Assembly (NCBI GenBank): GCA_963813535.1
Contig: CAWEZH010000002.1
Location: 1,376,001-1,440,000 of the forward strand
Direction of reading: 5' to 3'
From: an uncultured Chloroflexia bacterium
GTDB taxonomy: Bacteria; Chloroflexota; Limnocylindria; Limnocylindrales; CSP1-4
DNA length: 64,000 bases
The notes beneath the pieces are model-generated. The model saw nothing but the letters and a program-made list of their open reading frames with translations, searched no databases and was not told where the DNA came from. Positions within the stretch are counted from its first letter, which is position 1; every line of letters begins with the position of its first letter. Of the stretch, positions 1 through 10,016 are shown piece by piece. The translations under genes and the position numbers were made by a program.

Positions 1-1675
1 TGATCCAGTTGGTCAGGTAACCGCCATACGACCCACCGGTCAGCCCGAGGCGGTCCGGATCCGCCAGGCCCTCGGTCACGAGCGCATCGACGCCTGCGAG
101 GACGTCGCGCATCGGCCCCTCGCCCCAATCCCGGTGGTTCCCGTCGTTGAAGTCCTGTCCGTAGCCCTCCGAGCCGCGCGGGTTGCAAAAGAAGACGCCG
201 ATGCCCGCCGCCGCGAGGACCTGGAACTCCCAGAGCGGCGACCAGCCATACAGCGAATGCGGGCCGCCATGGATCTGGGTGACGAGCGGACCGGGTTTGC
301 CACCACCCGCGACGAACCAGCCCTGGATGGATCGGCCTTCGACCTCGGATCGGCGTTCGACAGGTTCGATCAGCGTCAGCTCGTCGAGCACCTCGCGGTT
401 GAACGCCGTCAGGCGACGAGGCGTGCCATCGCCATCGTTGAGCCATAGCTCCGGAGGCTCGGTCGGCGTCGAGCGGAGATAGGCGTACCGCGTCCGCCGG
501 CCCTTCGCCACTGAATCGAATGACGAGATGTGGTGGCGATCGGTCGTCAGCCGGCGGACCGCCCCGTCGGCGGTGGAGATGCGCCACAACTCATAGCTGC
601 CGTCGATCGGCGCGGTGAAGTCGATGCTTCGCCCGTCGGGCGATGGCCGAAGTCGGGCGATCTCGCCACGAACGATGTCGCTCGCGACGCCCGCGCCGGG
701 CATCAAGTCGTGTCGACCCGAGATGTCACGACCACCGTCCGCGTGCGCCTCCGAGCCGTCGGCCGGGAACAGCCAGACGTCGTACCGGCTTCCGCCGCGC
801 CCCTCGAGCTTGTTGCCGAGCGTCGCGATCGTCTTCCCGTCGGGAAGCCACGTCGGGGTGCCGAACATCGATCGCGGTCCAGCCGTGACGGCATGGACCG
901 CGCGCGTGCTGACATCGACCACGTGGATGGCCGGCCGCAGGGTCAGGTCGTGGTCGCGATGACGCTCGGACACGAACGCGATGCGCGTGCCGTCCGGCGA
1001 CCACGCTGGCTCCGTGTCCGATACGGGGCCATCGGTGAGGCGTGTCGCGGCGCCCGTCGCCACGTCGACCAGCCAGAGGTGGCGGATGCGGTCGTACTGG
1101 AAGCCCGGGCCGTTGAGCATGTAGTTGAGCCGATCGATGAAGCGATAGTCCGATTCGGGCGGCTCGTCGGGCCTCGGCTTGCGTCCCGTCCCGCGCTGAC
1201 GCGCGTCCTCGTCGTGGGTCGCGCCGTGGGATGTCGATACGACCACAAGCCGCCGGCTGTCGGGTGACCATTCGAAGGCCTCCACACCGCGCGGCAGGTC
1301 GGTCAGCCGGCGCGCCTCGCCCGGTCCGTCGAGCGGCAGCACATGGACCTGGTCCTTGTCCTCGCGATCCTTGCTCTCCTTGGGTCGCGACGGTTCCTGC
1401 TCGGCCTGCAGCCGCCGGTCGGAGATGAACGCGAGCGAACGGCCGTCAGGCGAGAACCGGGGATGGTGGTCGTTGCGTGTGCCGATGGTCAGCTGACGAG
1501 GCGGGCCGTCGGCGGCCTGGTCGGTCGGGATGAGCCATACGGCCTGTCGGTAGCCGTCGAACGTCGGGGCGACGCTCTGGAGCGTCACGACCGCCCATCG
1601 GCCTTCCGATGAGAGGCGGGGTTCGGTCGCGACGCGCAGCCGATAAAGGTCATCCGGTCGAGGGGCTCTGGGCAC
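1..1675 (-). CDS. S9 family serine peptidase (acylaminoacyl/dipeptidyl peptidase), 3' end outside window
   Basis: Manual translation of the minus strand: GTG start at 1675 (MPRAPRPDDLYRLR...), beta-propeller-like region, and nucleophile motif DPDRLGLTGGSYGGYLTNWI at 2-60. Absent from the ORF track because it has no stop codon in the window. Confidence 0.9.
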   Translation of the reverse strand, partial: MPRAPRPDDLYRLRVATEPRLSSEGRWAVVTLQSVAPTFDGYRQAVWLIPTDQAADGPPRQLTIGTRNDHHPRFSPDGRSLAFISDRRLQAEQEPSRPKESKDREDKDQVHVLPLDGPGEARRLTDLPRGVEAFEWSPDSRRLVVVSTSHGATHDEDARQRGTGRKPRPDEPPESDYRFIDRLNYMLNGPGFQYDRIRHLWLVDVATGAATRLTDGPVSDTEPAWSPDGTRIAFVSERHRDHDLTLRPAIHVVDVSTRAVHAVTAGPRSMFGTPTWLPDGKTIATLGNKLEGRGGSRYDVWLFPADGSEAHADGGRDISGRHDLMPGAGVASDIVRGEIARLRPSPDGRSIDFTAPIDGSYELWRISTADGAVRRLTTDRHHISSFDSVAKGRRTRYAYLRSTPTEPPELWLNDGDGTPRRLTAFNREVLDELTLIEPVERRSEVEGRSIQGWFVAGGGKPGPLVTQIHGGPHSLYGWSPLWEFQVLAAAGIGVFFCNPRGSEGYGQDFNDGNHRDWGEGPMRDVLAGVDALVTEGLADPDRLGLTGGSYGGYLTNWI

Positions 1676-1796
1676 GGGCAGAGTCTATCGGCCCCGACTG
1701 ACGTGGCGGGAAGGCGGCTCCGAGCGGGACGCACGCCGCCCCGACCGATGGTCGAGGTGATCCGGCTGGCTGGGCGGGTCTACCATCGGCGGGACG

Positions 1797-2543
1797 ATGA
1801 CGCACCAGCTCGCCCTGCCACTCGACGCCACGGCGGATCGATTGCCCGATCTCCCGGAGCTGCGGCCGATGCTCGCGCGGCCCCTGCTGGACGCGTTCGA
1901 TTCCGATGAGCACCTGTTCGAGCCGTGGTGGGGCGGGACGCGGGCCCTGGTGTCGATCGGACCGTCGGAGCACCCGGGCGTCGGCGATGTCCGCGTGATC
2001 GATGCCGACGGCATCGATCGGACCGCAGTGCTCCCCGAGCTGGCTGGTACGGCCGTTCGCGTCGCGGCGCGCTCGGCGATCCTCGACGGCGAACTGGTCG
2101 TGGTCGATGCCGAGGGTCGCGCCGACGAGACCGCCCTCGCGCGTCGCCTCGATGGGAAGGCCGGTCGGCCCGTGGCGTTCCTCGCCTTCGACCTGCTCCA
2201 CATCGACGGGAAGTCGCTGATCGGTCAGCCGTTGATCAAGCGCCGCGAGATCCTGCGTCGCGTCCTGCGGCCCGGGGATGAGGTGGTCGCGGTGCCCGCG
2301 ATCGCGACCGAGGGCCGCGCCCTCTTCGATGCCATCGTCGCCCAGGGCCTGGCCGGGATGATGGCCCGCCAACGCCTGGGGCCGTACCTCCCCGGGATCC
2401 GGAGTCGGCTGTGGCGGTTCATCCCCGCCATCGAAGGCTCGGTGCCGGCCGCGGAGCTGGCGGAGGCGCCTGAAGAGCCGACCTCCGCGACCGCGCCTGT
2501 GCTGGCGATGCTCAGTCGGCTGCCGCTCGAGGACGAGGCCTAG
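1797..2543 (+). CDS. ATP-dependent DNA ligase adenylation-domain homologue with degenerate active site
   Basis: LRPMLA, ILDGELVV, FLAFDLLHIDG, PLIKRREILR and PYLPGIRSRLW match the LigC/LigD ligase core. Motif I reads EPWWGG instead of ExKxDG, and there is no OB domain. Confidence 0.75.
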   Translation: MTHQLALPLDATADRLPDLPELRPMLARPLLDAFDSDEHLFEPWWGGTRALVSIGPSEHPGVGDVRVIDADGIDRTAVLPELAGTAVRVAARSAILDGELVVVDAEGRADETALARRLDGKAGRPVAFLAFDLLHIDGKSLIGQPLIKRREILRRVLRPGDEVVAVPAIATEGRALFDAIVAQGLAGMMARQRLGPYLPGIRSRLWRFIPAIEGSVPAAELAEAPEEPTSATAPVLAMLSRLPLEDEA

Positions 2544-3862
2544 GAGCCCGTTCGACGTGCGGCGGCGATGAAGCCCCGCAGACCCGGGCGCTGACCGTAG
2601 AGCAGCACACCGGTCGCGTAGATCCTGACCGTGACGACCGACACGAGCGCGATGGTCACGAGGAGGATCGTCACCGACAGGGCGACCTCCCACGGCTGGA
2701 CGTCGCTGACCATCAGCCGGGCGAGCATCGCGAACGGGCTGAACGGCGGGATGAACGATGCGAGCCGTCCCAGCACGCCTCCGCCCCCGAGCAGCACCAC
2801 GAGGGCCGAGAGATAGCCGGCCATCGCCACGAGGCTGAGCGGCAGCGACAGCGTCTGGAGATCGTCCGGACGGCTGACGAACGATCCGACCGCCGCGTAG
2901 ATCAGGGCGAACAGCGCGAAGCCGAGCAGGAAGAACACGCCGTACGCGCCGAGCAGGCCGATCGTGAGCCCGCCGGTCGGCAACCCGGCACCGCCAGGCC
3001 CGAGGAGCGCGCGAGCGATGTCGTCCTGGAACGCCAGGACGAGCACAGCCGGCGTCGCGATGGCGACGTACTGCGTCAGCCCGGCACCGCCGATGCCAAG
3101 GACCTTGCCGACGAGCAGCTGGCGCGGCGACGCCGCGCTGATCATCAGCTCCATGACCCGGCTGCTCTTCTCGGTGGCGACTCCCGTCGCCACCCACATC
3201 CCGTAGATCAGGATCGTGATGAACATGAGGATGAGGAAGACCGTCCCGAGGAAGCCACGACTGGCGATGACCACGGCATCGACCTGGCGGCCGCCCTCGG
3301 TCGGTCCGCCGAGCGGCGCCGTGTTGAAGGTCGGCGTTCGGAACGTGCCATCCGTCGAGCCCGGCGGCAACGAGCTCGTCCAGTCGAGGATGGCCACGGA
3401 CAGTGCCGTGAACCCGGCGAGCTGGCTTCGAACACCGTCAGGCGGTCCGGCTGTGTGGTAGGTGACGTCGAGGCTGTCATCGTCAAGCCGCACGACCTCG
3501 ATGATCCCGTCCAGCCGGCCGGCGGCGAGCTGCTGGATCGCCAGGTCACGATCAGTCGCCCGCTCGATCCGGTACGGGGGTGTCCACTCCCCGGCGGCGA
3601 CGCCGGGCGGTGGCACGTTCATGATCCCGTCCGCCGCTGCGATGGTCCCGACGGCGAGTCGCTCCTCGTCGGCGATGATCGCGATCCGGTCGACCGTCGA
3701 GCGGTCGAGGTAGCGGATGACGATCGGGGTGAGTGCCACGCCGACGGCGAGGGCCATCAGGACCAGGGTCGAGATCCGGAACAGCGGACTTCGGACGCGG
3801 TCGACGTATTCGCGCCGCGCGACGATGCCCGCGTTCGGCAGGAGCGGCTCGTCACGGGCCAT
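2540..3862 (-). CDS. ABC-2 type transporter permease (NatB-like)
   Basis: Motifs VARREY..RVRS and VATEKSSRVMEL..S, multiple TM helices. ATG at 3862 overlaps the ATPase stop. Confidence 0.85.
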   Translation of the reverse strand: MARDEPLLPNAGIVARREYVDRVRSPLFRISTLVLMALAVGVALTPIVIRYLDRSTVDRIAIIADEERLAVGTIAAADGIMNVPPPGVAAGEWTPPYRIERATDRDLAIQQLAAGRLDGIIEVVRLDDDSLDVTYHTAGPPDGVRSQLAGFTALSVAILDWTSSLPPGSTDGTFRTPTFNTAPLGGPTEGGRQVDAVVIASRGFLGTVFLILMFITILIYGMWVATGVATEKSSRVMELMISAASPRQLLVGKVLGIGGAGLTQYVAIATPAVLVLAFQDDIARALLGPGGAGLPTGGLTIGLLGAYGVFFLLGFALFALIYAAVGSFVSRPDDLQTLSLPLSLVAMAGYLSALVVLLGGGGVLGRLASFIPPFSPFAMLARLMVSDVQPWEVALSVTILLVTIALVSVVTVRIYATGVLLYGQRPGLRGFIAAARRTGS

Positions 3863-4809
3863 CAGGCCGCGTCCTCCTCGTCCACGATCGGCTCTTCGTC
3901 CTCGTCGGACGGTCGACCGACCAGCTCGATGAAGATCGCCTCGAGCGACGGCTCGGCGACCTCGAAGCGCGTCACGTTCGCACCACGCTGGAGCGCAGCC
4001 GCGAGCACGTCGCGGGGCTCCACGCTCGCCCGAAGCTCGAGCTCGGCGAAGCCGGCCCCGGGTCGGATCGCGGCGACGCCGTCGATCGTGCCGAGCCATG
4101 TCGGCAGGATCTCGCCCTCGATGCCCAGGCGGACCGTGCGGGCGCGCGAGCCTCGTTTCAGCTCGCCCAGCGTTCCGCCGGCGACGAGCCGGCCGTGGTC
4201 GACGATGACGAGCGACTCACAGAGCGCCTCGGCGACCTCCATCTGGTGGGTCGAGAAGACGATCGTCCGGCCCTCGTCGCGGAGCTCGACGAACGCATCG
4301 CGCAACAGGGACAGGTTGACCGGGTCGAGTCCGGTGAACGGCTCGTCCATGAGGAGGACCTCGGGGCCATGCAGGATCGCGGCGATGAACTGGACCTTCT
4401 GCTGGTTGCCCTTGCTGAGCTCCTCGGCGCGTCGATCCGCGAGGTCCGTGATCCGGAAGCGCTCGAGCCAGTACTCGGCCTTGGCCATCGCCCGGTCGGA
4501 TCGCTCGCCGTACAGGCGCGCGAAATACACGAGCTGCTCGATCACCGTCAGACGCGGATAGAGCCCACGCTCTTCGGGCAGATAGCCGAACGTGCGTCGC
4601 GGCAGGTCCGGGGCCAGCGTGCCATCCCAGCGGACCTCGCCCTGGTCGGCACGCAGGATCCCAAGGCAGATGCGCATCGTCGTGGTCTTCCCGGCGCCGT
4701 TGGCGCCGAGGAAACCGAAGATGCGCCCCTTCGGCACGCTGAACGCGAGCTGATCGAGCGCGACGGTCTGTCCGAACCTCTTGGTGACGCGGTCGATCTC
4801 GAGGGTCAT
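3862..4809 (-). CDS. ABC-2 type transporter ATP-binding protein
   Basis: Walker A GANGAGKTT, signature LSKGNQQK, Walker B LLMDEPF. Start MTLEIDRV. Confidence 0.93.
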   Translation of the reverse strand: MTLEIDRVTKRFGQTVALDQLAFSVPKGRIFGFLGANGAGKTTTMRICLGILRADQGEVRWDGTLAPDLPRRTFGYLPEERGLYPRLTVIEQLVYFARLYGERSDRAMAKAEYWLERFRITDLADRRAEELSKGNQQKVQFIAAILHGPEVLLMDEPFTGLDPVNLSLLRDAFVELRDEGRTIVFSTHQMEVAEALCESLVIVDHGRLVAGGTLGELKRGSRARTVRLGIEGEILPTWLGTIDGVAAIRPGAGFAELELRASVEPRDVLAAALQRGANVTRFEVAEPSLEAIFIELVGRPSDEDEEPIVDEEDAA

Positions 4810-4949
4810 CGCGCCGGAGGATAGTCCCGGCCGCGTTGGTACGCCGCTGGGCCGATGGTCCGGGTGGGGTCCGGTGTGGTCCGGGGCGGACGACGCCACC
4901 GGATCGGGACTCGCAGGTCCGCGCATCGGGGTGCGACAATCGCAGCCTG

Positions 4950-5315
4950 ATGACGGACACCGCAGGACCCGCAGCACCGCCGTCGGCGAGCGCCACCACG
5001 CCGACGCGCATCCACGCGGACAGGGCGGCCGGCACGCTCGAGATCGAGTGGGCCGATGGGCACATCACCATCTACGCATTCGAACCGCTGCGCTGGCTGT
5101 GCCCGTGCGCCTACTGCCGCGGCGAGGCGGGGATGCCCGGCTGGCTCGACAGCGCGCCGACGCTCTCCCCGGAGCAGATCCGCCTGACGGACCTCCATCT
5201 CGTCGGCAACTACGCGGTATCCCCGCATTGGGCCGACGGCCACAAGACGGGCTACTACCCGTTCCGCCTCCTCCGGGATCGATGCCCGTGCCCGCGAGTG
5301 CACTGCGCGACGTGA
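4950..5315 (+). CDS. DUF971 family protein (putative Fe-S/Zn binding)
   Basis: IEWADGH, LRWLCPCAYC, VGNYAVSPHWADGHKTGYY and a C-terminal CPC are typical of DUF971. Confidence 0.85.
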   Translation: MTDTAGPAAPPSASATTPTRIHADRAAGTLEIEWADGHITIYAFEPLRWLCPCAYCRGEAGMPGWLDSAPTLSPEQIRLTDLHLVGNYAVSPHWADGHKTGYYPFRLLRDRCPCPRVHCAT

Positions 5316-5378
5316 ACGAGGAGAAGCGACCGCTGGTAGCGCCCGTCCTGCGGCAGCCGGCACCCACGAGGAGCATCG

Positions 5379-5735
5379 ATGATCGTCGTCACCACGCCAT
5401 ATCTCCCCGGCCATCGCATCACCGAGAGCAAGGGGATGGTCTTCGGACTCGTCGTCCGCAGCCGCGGGCTCGGCGGCAACCTGATGGCGGCCCTCCGCTC
5501 GCTCGGCGGCGGCGAGATCCACGAGTACACGAGCCTGCTGGAGGACACGCGCCGGCAGGCGCTCGACCGCCTCGTCCGCAATGCGACGGTCGCCGGTGCC
5601 AACGCGATCGTCTCGATGCGCTTCGACTCGTCGGAGCTGTCCGGGACGATGTCCGAGATCGTCGCGTACGGGACGGCCGTCATCGTCGAAGCCGACGCCG
5701 GCGCCACGGTGTCCTCGTCCACGGTGGTCGACTAG
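5379..5735 (+). CDS. YbjQ/UPF0145 family protein
   Basis: Motifs GGEIHEYTSLLEDTR, GANAIVSMRFD and EIVAYGTAV. Confidence 0.92.
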   Translation: MIVVTTPYLPGHRITESKGMVFGLVVRSRGLGGNLMAALRSLGGGEIHEYTSLLEDTRRQALDRLVRNATVAGANAIVSMRFDSSELSGTMSEIVAYGTAVIVEADAGATVSSSTVVD

Positions 5736-6080
5736 ATGGGCGCCGACCTGACCCGCCTCCTCGTCCTTGGCATCGGCCTGGTCCTCACCGTCCTCGGGCT
5801 GTCGCTCGTGGGCTCGCAGCAGAGCACCGGCCTGTACCCGCTGTTCATCGGCCTGGCGCTGATCGTGGCGGCCGTGATCGAGCGGGTGCGCTACCGCTCG
5901 AGCGAGGCCGAGCTCAGCGCGGAACGACCGGGGCCGGGTGGCGGGGAACCGCCGGGTGTCTCCCTGGATCCACGCTTCCAGCCCACCGAGGAGCGTTTCG
6001 AGGATCCGACCACCGGCGTCAGGATGCGCGTCTGGCTCGACCCGGCCGCCGGCGAACGGCGGTACGTCGCCGAGGAATGA
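5736..6080 (+). CDS. Hypothetical membrane protein (2 TM plus short C-terminal domain)
   Basis: Abuts the ybjQ-family stop. Two hydrophobic helices, then RFQPTEERFEDPTTG..RVWLDP..GERRYV. Confidence 0.7.
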   Translation: MGADLTRLLVLGIGLVLTVLGLSLVGSQQSTGLYPLFIGLALIVAAVIERVRYRSSEAELSAERPGPGGGEPPGVSLDPRFQPTEERFEDPTTGVRMRVWLDPAAGERRYVAEE

Positions 6081-6162
6081 CCCTTTCGGCCCATCGGGAG
6101 GGTTCATCGGGCCGTGCTATCCTCGCCGGCCAGCCCGCAGCGTAGGAGCCGCCCACTTCGAG

Positions 6163-8343
6163 ATGGCCGCTGTCGATCCCGGAGCGCCAGCCCCGACCGC
6201 GGCACAGGCACGCCCCCGTCGCGTCCCGAAGCGAGAGCCCTCCCCGCTCCCCTATCTGAATCGCGAGCTGTCCTGGCTCGAGTTCAACGCGCGCGTCCTG
6301 TACGAAGCCCGTGACGCGCGGAACCCGCTCCTCGAACGGGCCAAATTCGCGGCCATCTTCGCGGGCAATCTCGACGAATTCTTCCAGGTCCGCATCGCCG
6401 GGCTGCGCCAGCAGGTCGAGGCTGGCGCCGTCACCCGGGCGCCCGATGGCCGCACGCCGGCCGAGCAGCTCGCCGCCGCACGCGAGCGCGTCCTTGAGCT
6501 CGTGGCCGACCTGTCCTCGACCTTTGCGGAGCTCCGTCGGGCGCTCGCCGCCGAAGGCGTCTCGATCCTCGACTACACCGAGGTCCCGGAGCATCACGAG
6601 GCGCTCCGGCAGCGGTTCCTCGATGAGATCTTCCCGGTCCTGACGCCGCTCGCGGTCGATCCGGGTCATCCGTTCCCGTACATCTCGAGCCTGAGCATGT
6701 CGATCGCCGTCGGTCTGCGCGACCCCGAAACGAACGAACGGGTCTTCGCGCGCGTGAAGGTCCCGCAGATCCTGCCGCGGCTGCTCGAGGTCGAGACGCA
6801 CAAGTTCATCCCCATCGACCAGGTCATCGAGGCCAATCTCCAGGACCTCTTCACCGGCATGGAGGTCGTCGACTCGCACCTCTTCCGGGTCACCCGCAAC
6901 GCCGACTTCACTGTCGAGGAGGACGAAGCCGACGACCTCCTGATGGCGATCGAGGAGGAGCTGCGTCGACGTCGGTTCGGCGAGGCGGTGCGCCTCGAGG
7001 TCGAGCGGACGATGCCCGCCGCGACGAGGAACCTGCTGCTACGCGGCCTCGGGCTGGAGGCCGAGGATGCCTACGAGATCACCGGCATGCTCGACCTGAC
7101 TGCGCTCTTCCGGATCGCCGAGCTGGATATCCCGGAATTGCGAGCCGCGCCGTGGACGCCGGTGACGCCGCCCAGGTTGACCCCTCCCGACGAGGATGAG
7201 CCGGCAGACGTGTTCGCCGCGATCAGGGCCGGCGACATCCTCGTCCACCATCCCTACGAGTCGTTCGCGTCATCGGTCGAGCGGTTCATCGGACAGGCCG
7301 CCGACGATCCGGACGTCCTGACGATCAAGATGACCCTGTACCGGACGTCGGGCGACTCACCGATCGTGCAATCGCTGATCCGCGCCGCCGAACGCGGCAA
7401 GCAGATCGTCGTCCTCGTCGAGATCAAGGCGCGCTTCGACGAGGAAGCCAACATCATCTGGGCCCGCAAGCTCGAGCGGGCGGGTGCCCACGTGGTCTAC
7501 GGCCTGGTCGGTCTGAAGACCCACTCCAAGACCGCGCTGGTCGTGCGACGAGAGGGTTCCGGGCTGCGACGCTACGTCCACATCGGGACGGGCAACTACA
7601 ACGCGAAGACGGCTCGCCTGTACGTGGATCTCGGGCTGCTGACGGCCCGCCCGGAGATCGGCGCCGACGTCACGGACCTCTTCAACGTGCTGACCGGTCT
7701 GTCCCGTCAGCGCACGTTCCGCCGGCTGCTGGTCGCCCCCCACAGCATGCGGTCCGGGTTCATCGACCTCGTCGAGCGCGAGATCGCCCATGCCGCCGCC
7801 GGACGACCCGCGCGCATCGTGCTGAAGCTCAACGCGATCGTGGATGTGCCCGTGATCGAGGCGCTGTACCGCGCTGCGAGCGCCGGCGTCGACATCGACC
7901 TCATCGTCCGAGGCGCGTCGTCGATCCAACCCGGTCTGCCCGGGATCTCGGAGCGCATCCGGGTGCGGTCGATCGTCGGCGAGTTCCTGGAGCATTCGCG
8001 GATCTGGGGATTCGCCAATGGCGGCGACCAGGAGTGGTACATCGGCTCGGCGGACCTGATGGATCGCAACCTGGATCGCCGCGTCGAAGCCGTCGTCCCC
8101 GTCGAGGACGGTGAGGCCAAGGCCCGGATCGAAGAGATCATCGACGTCATGCTCCGGGATGACCGCCGGTCGTGGCAGCTCCAGTCGGACGCACGCTGGG
8201 TCCGGACGGAGACGCTCGAGGGCCGACCGGGCACGATCGACACCTTCGAGGCGATGAAGGAACTGGCACTCGAGTCGGGGCACACGGCGTCCGCGCCGCG
8301 GCGGCCCGGCTCCGGTTCGGGGTCGCTGGACCCGCGAGCATGA
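6163..8343 (+). CDS. ppk1: Polyphosphate kinase 1
   Basis: Motifs YLNRELSWLEFNARVL, NLDEFF, HHPYESF, IKMTLYRT, KARFDE, KTHSK, FLEHSR and GSADLMDRNL. Confidence 0.97.
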   Translation: MAAVDPGAPAPTAAQARPRRVPKREPSPLPYLNRELSWLEFNARVLYEARDARNPLLERAKFAAIFAGNLDEFFQVRIAGLRQQVEAGAVTRAPDGRTPAEQLAAARERVLELVADLSSTFAELRRALAAEGVSILDYTEVPEHHEALRQRFLDEIFPVLTPLAVDPGHPFPYISSLSMSIAVGLRDPETNERVFARVKVPQILPRLLEVETHKFIPIDQVIEANLQDLFTGMEVVDSHLFRVTRNADFTVEEDEADDLLMAIEEELRRRRFGEAVRLEVERTMPAATRNLLLRGLGLEAEDAYEITGMLDLTALFRIAELDIPELRAAPWTPVTPPRLTPPDEDEPADVFAAIRAGDILVHHPYESFASSVERFIGQAADDPDVLTIKMTLYRTSGDSPIVQSLIRAAERGKQIVVLVEIKARFDEEANIIWARKLERAGAHVVYGLVGLKTHSKTALVVRREGSGLRRYVHIGTGNYNAKTARLYVDLGLLTARPEIGADVTDLFNVLTGLSRQRTFRRLLVAPHSMRSGFIDLVEREIAHAAAGRPARIVLKLNAIVDVPVIEALYRAASAGVDIDLIVRGASSIQPGLPGISERIRVRSIVGEFLEHSRIWGFANGGDQEWYIGSADLMDRNLDRRVEAVVPVEDGEAKARIEEIIDVMLRDDRRSWQLQSDARWVRTETLEGRPGTIDTFEAMKELALESGHTASAPRRPGSGSGSLDPRA

Positions 8344-10016
8344 TGGAGGTCGAGCTCAAGTACCGCGTCGGCGACATGGCCGCGGCCGAGCGTGTCCTCG
8401 CCGCGGAACGCCTCGGGCCATTCACCGGCGCGTCCGGCGGTGCACGTGCGACACAGCTCGAGGACCGCTATGTCGATACGGCGGACGGTGCACTGGCGCG
8501 TGCCGGTTTCGCTGTCCGGCTCCGGCAGGGTGGTGGCGACACGATCGTAACGGTCAAGTCGGTCGCCCACGCGGATGGACCGGGCGGTAGCTTCTCCCGC
8601 GAGGAGCTGGAAGGGCCGGCTGACCGTGTCGCTCCCCCGATCGATTGGCCGGCCTCGGATGCCCGCGCGCTGGTCATGGAGCACGCGGGCGACGCGCCCC
8701 TCGTGGAACGCGTGACGATCCGCCAGCTGCGCCGGGTGCGACAGCTCAAGTCGGCGGCGACGCGCGTAGAGCTGAGCCTGGACGAAGTCGATGTCGTGAC
8801 TCGCGGTCGCGTCGTCGATCGATTCGTCGAGCTCGAGGCGGAGCTCAAGAAGGGCGACCAGGGCGACCTGGCGGCCCTTGGCGAGGCCATCGACTCCGAG
8901 AGCGGCCTCGAGCGGGCGACGATCAGCAAGCTCGACGCGGCGCTCGCCGCCATGGAGTTCGCGGCGAACGGAGATGTCGAGCCGATAGACCCGGGTGCGC
9001 GCACGACGCCTGTGACCCGAGTGGAACCCGTCGACGGCGACGAACCGCCGTCCACGCCCGGGGCGAGCGGTCCGCGCCTCGTCGTCGGGAAGACCGCGGG
9101 CGTGCTCGCGGACGACACGGTGGCGGAGGCGGGACGAAAGGTCATGCGCTTCCACCTCGCCCGCATGCTCGACAAGGAGCAGGCCGTCCGCGGGGGTGAC
9201 GACTCGGAGGACATCCACAAGATGCGCGTCGCGACTCGTCGCCAGCGTGCTGCGTGGCGCATCTTCGGAGAGGCCTACAGGCAGGGCCGGACGAAGGCCT
9301 ATCGCCGCGGCCTGCGCGACACCGCGCGACGCCTGGGCGCGGTGCGCGACCTGGACGTCCAGCTCGAGGGGATCGACGCGTATCGGGCCGACAGGCCGGT
9401 CACGGAGCAGCGGGCGCTCGAGCCGCTGGTCGCGTCGTGGCGACAGCACCGCGACGACGCCAAGACCCTCCTTCGCCGCGAGCTCGAGTCGCCGGGCTAC
9501 GCCCGGTTCGTCGATGACTACCTCGATTTCGTGCGGACCGAGGGCGCCGCCGCGGTGGCCGTGCGTGCAGGCGAGCCACATCTCATCCGCGATACCGCGC
9601 CGTCGCGCATCTGGGCAGCCTACGAGCAGGTGCGCGGCTACGAGCCGATCCTGCGCTGGGCCGACGTGCCGACGTTGCACGAGCTGCGCATCGCCGGGAA
9701 ATGGCTGCGGTACTCGCTCGAGTTCGTCCAGGAACCCCTGGGCAACGGGGCGCTGCCCCTGATCGCCCGTGTCACCGCCTTGCAGGATCACCTCGGACTC
9801 ATGAACGATGCCAGCGTGTCGGCATCGCTGGCGCGGACGTTCCTCGTCGAGCACGCCGCCTCGCTGAGTGCGCTCGAGAGTGCCGCGATCGGCCGTTACC
9901 TCGTCGATCGCGAGCGCGAGGTCGCCAGGCTGCGACGGACGATCGGCGGCACGTGGCGGGGGATCGCTGGTCTGGGTTATCGGCGCTCGCTCGGGCGGGT
10001 CGTCGCGGGCGTCTAG
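8340..10016 (+). CDS. CYTH-CHAD domain protein (polyphosphate binding/triphosphate tunnel)
   Basis: N-terminal EVELKY CYTH motif and ELEAELK. CHAD motifs IHKMRVATRRQR, LGAVRDLDV, LHELRIAGKWLRY and LQDHLG..ND. Overlaps the ppk1 stop. Confidence 0.92.
   Translation: MMEVELKYRVGDMAAAERVLAAERLGPFTGASGGARATQLEDRYVDTADGALARAGFAVRLRQGGGDTIVTVKSVAHADGPGGSFSREELEGPADRVAPPIDWPASDARALVMEHAGDAPLVERVTIRQLRRVRQLKSAATRVELSLDEVDVVTRGRVVDRFVELEAELKKGDQGDLAALGEAIDSESGLERATISKLDAALAAMEFAANGDVEPIDPGARTTPVTRVEPVDGDEPPSTPGASGPRLVVGKTAGVLADDTVAEAGRKVMRFHLARMLDKEQAVRGGDDSEDIHKMRVATRRQRAAWRIFGEAYRQGRTKAYRRGLRDTARRLGAVRDLDVQLEGIDAYRADRPVTEQRALEPLVASWRQHRDDAKTLLRRELESPGYARFVDDYLDFVRTEGAAAVAVRAGEPHLIRDTAPSRIWAAYEQVRGYEPILRWADVPTLHELRIAGKWLRYSLEFVQEPLGNGALPLIARVTALQDHLGLMNDASVSASLARTFLVEHAASLSALESAAIGRYLVDREREVARLRRTIGGTWRGIAGLGYRRSLGRVVAGV

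Noticed and set aside
1797-2543. Functional NHEJ LigD/LigC
   Set aside because: The catalytic Lys and OB domain are missing, and there is no Ku or polymerase/phosphoesterase domain nearby. Reported as a pseudo-enzyme instead.
7707-9854. 715-aa minus-strand ORF
   Set aside because: Antisense shadow of ppk1 and the CYTH-CHAD gene.
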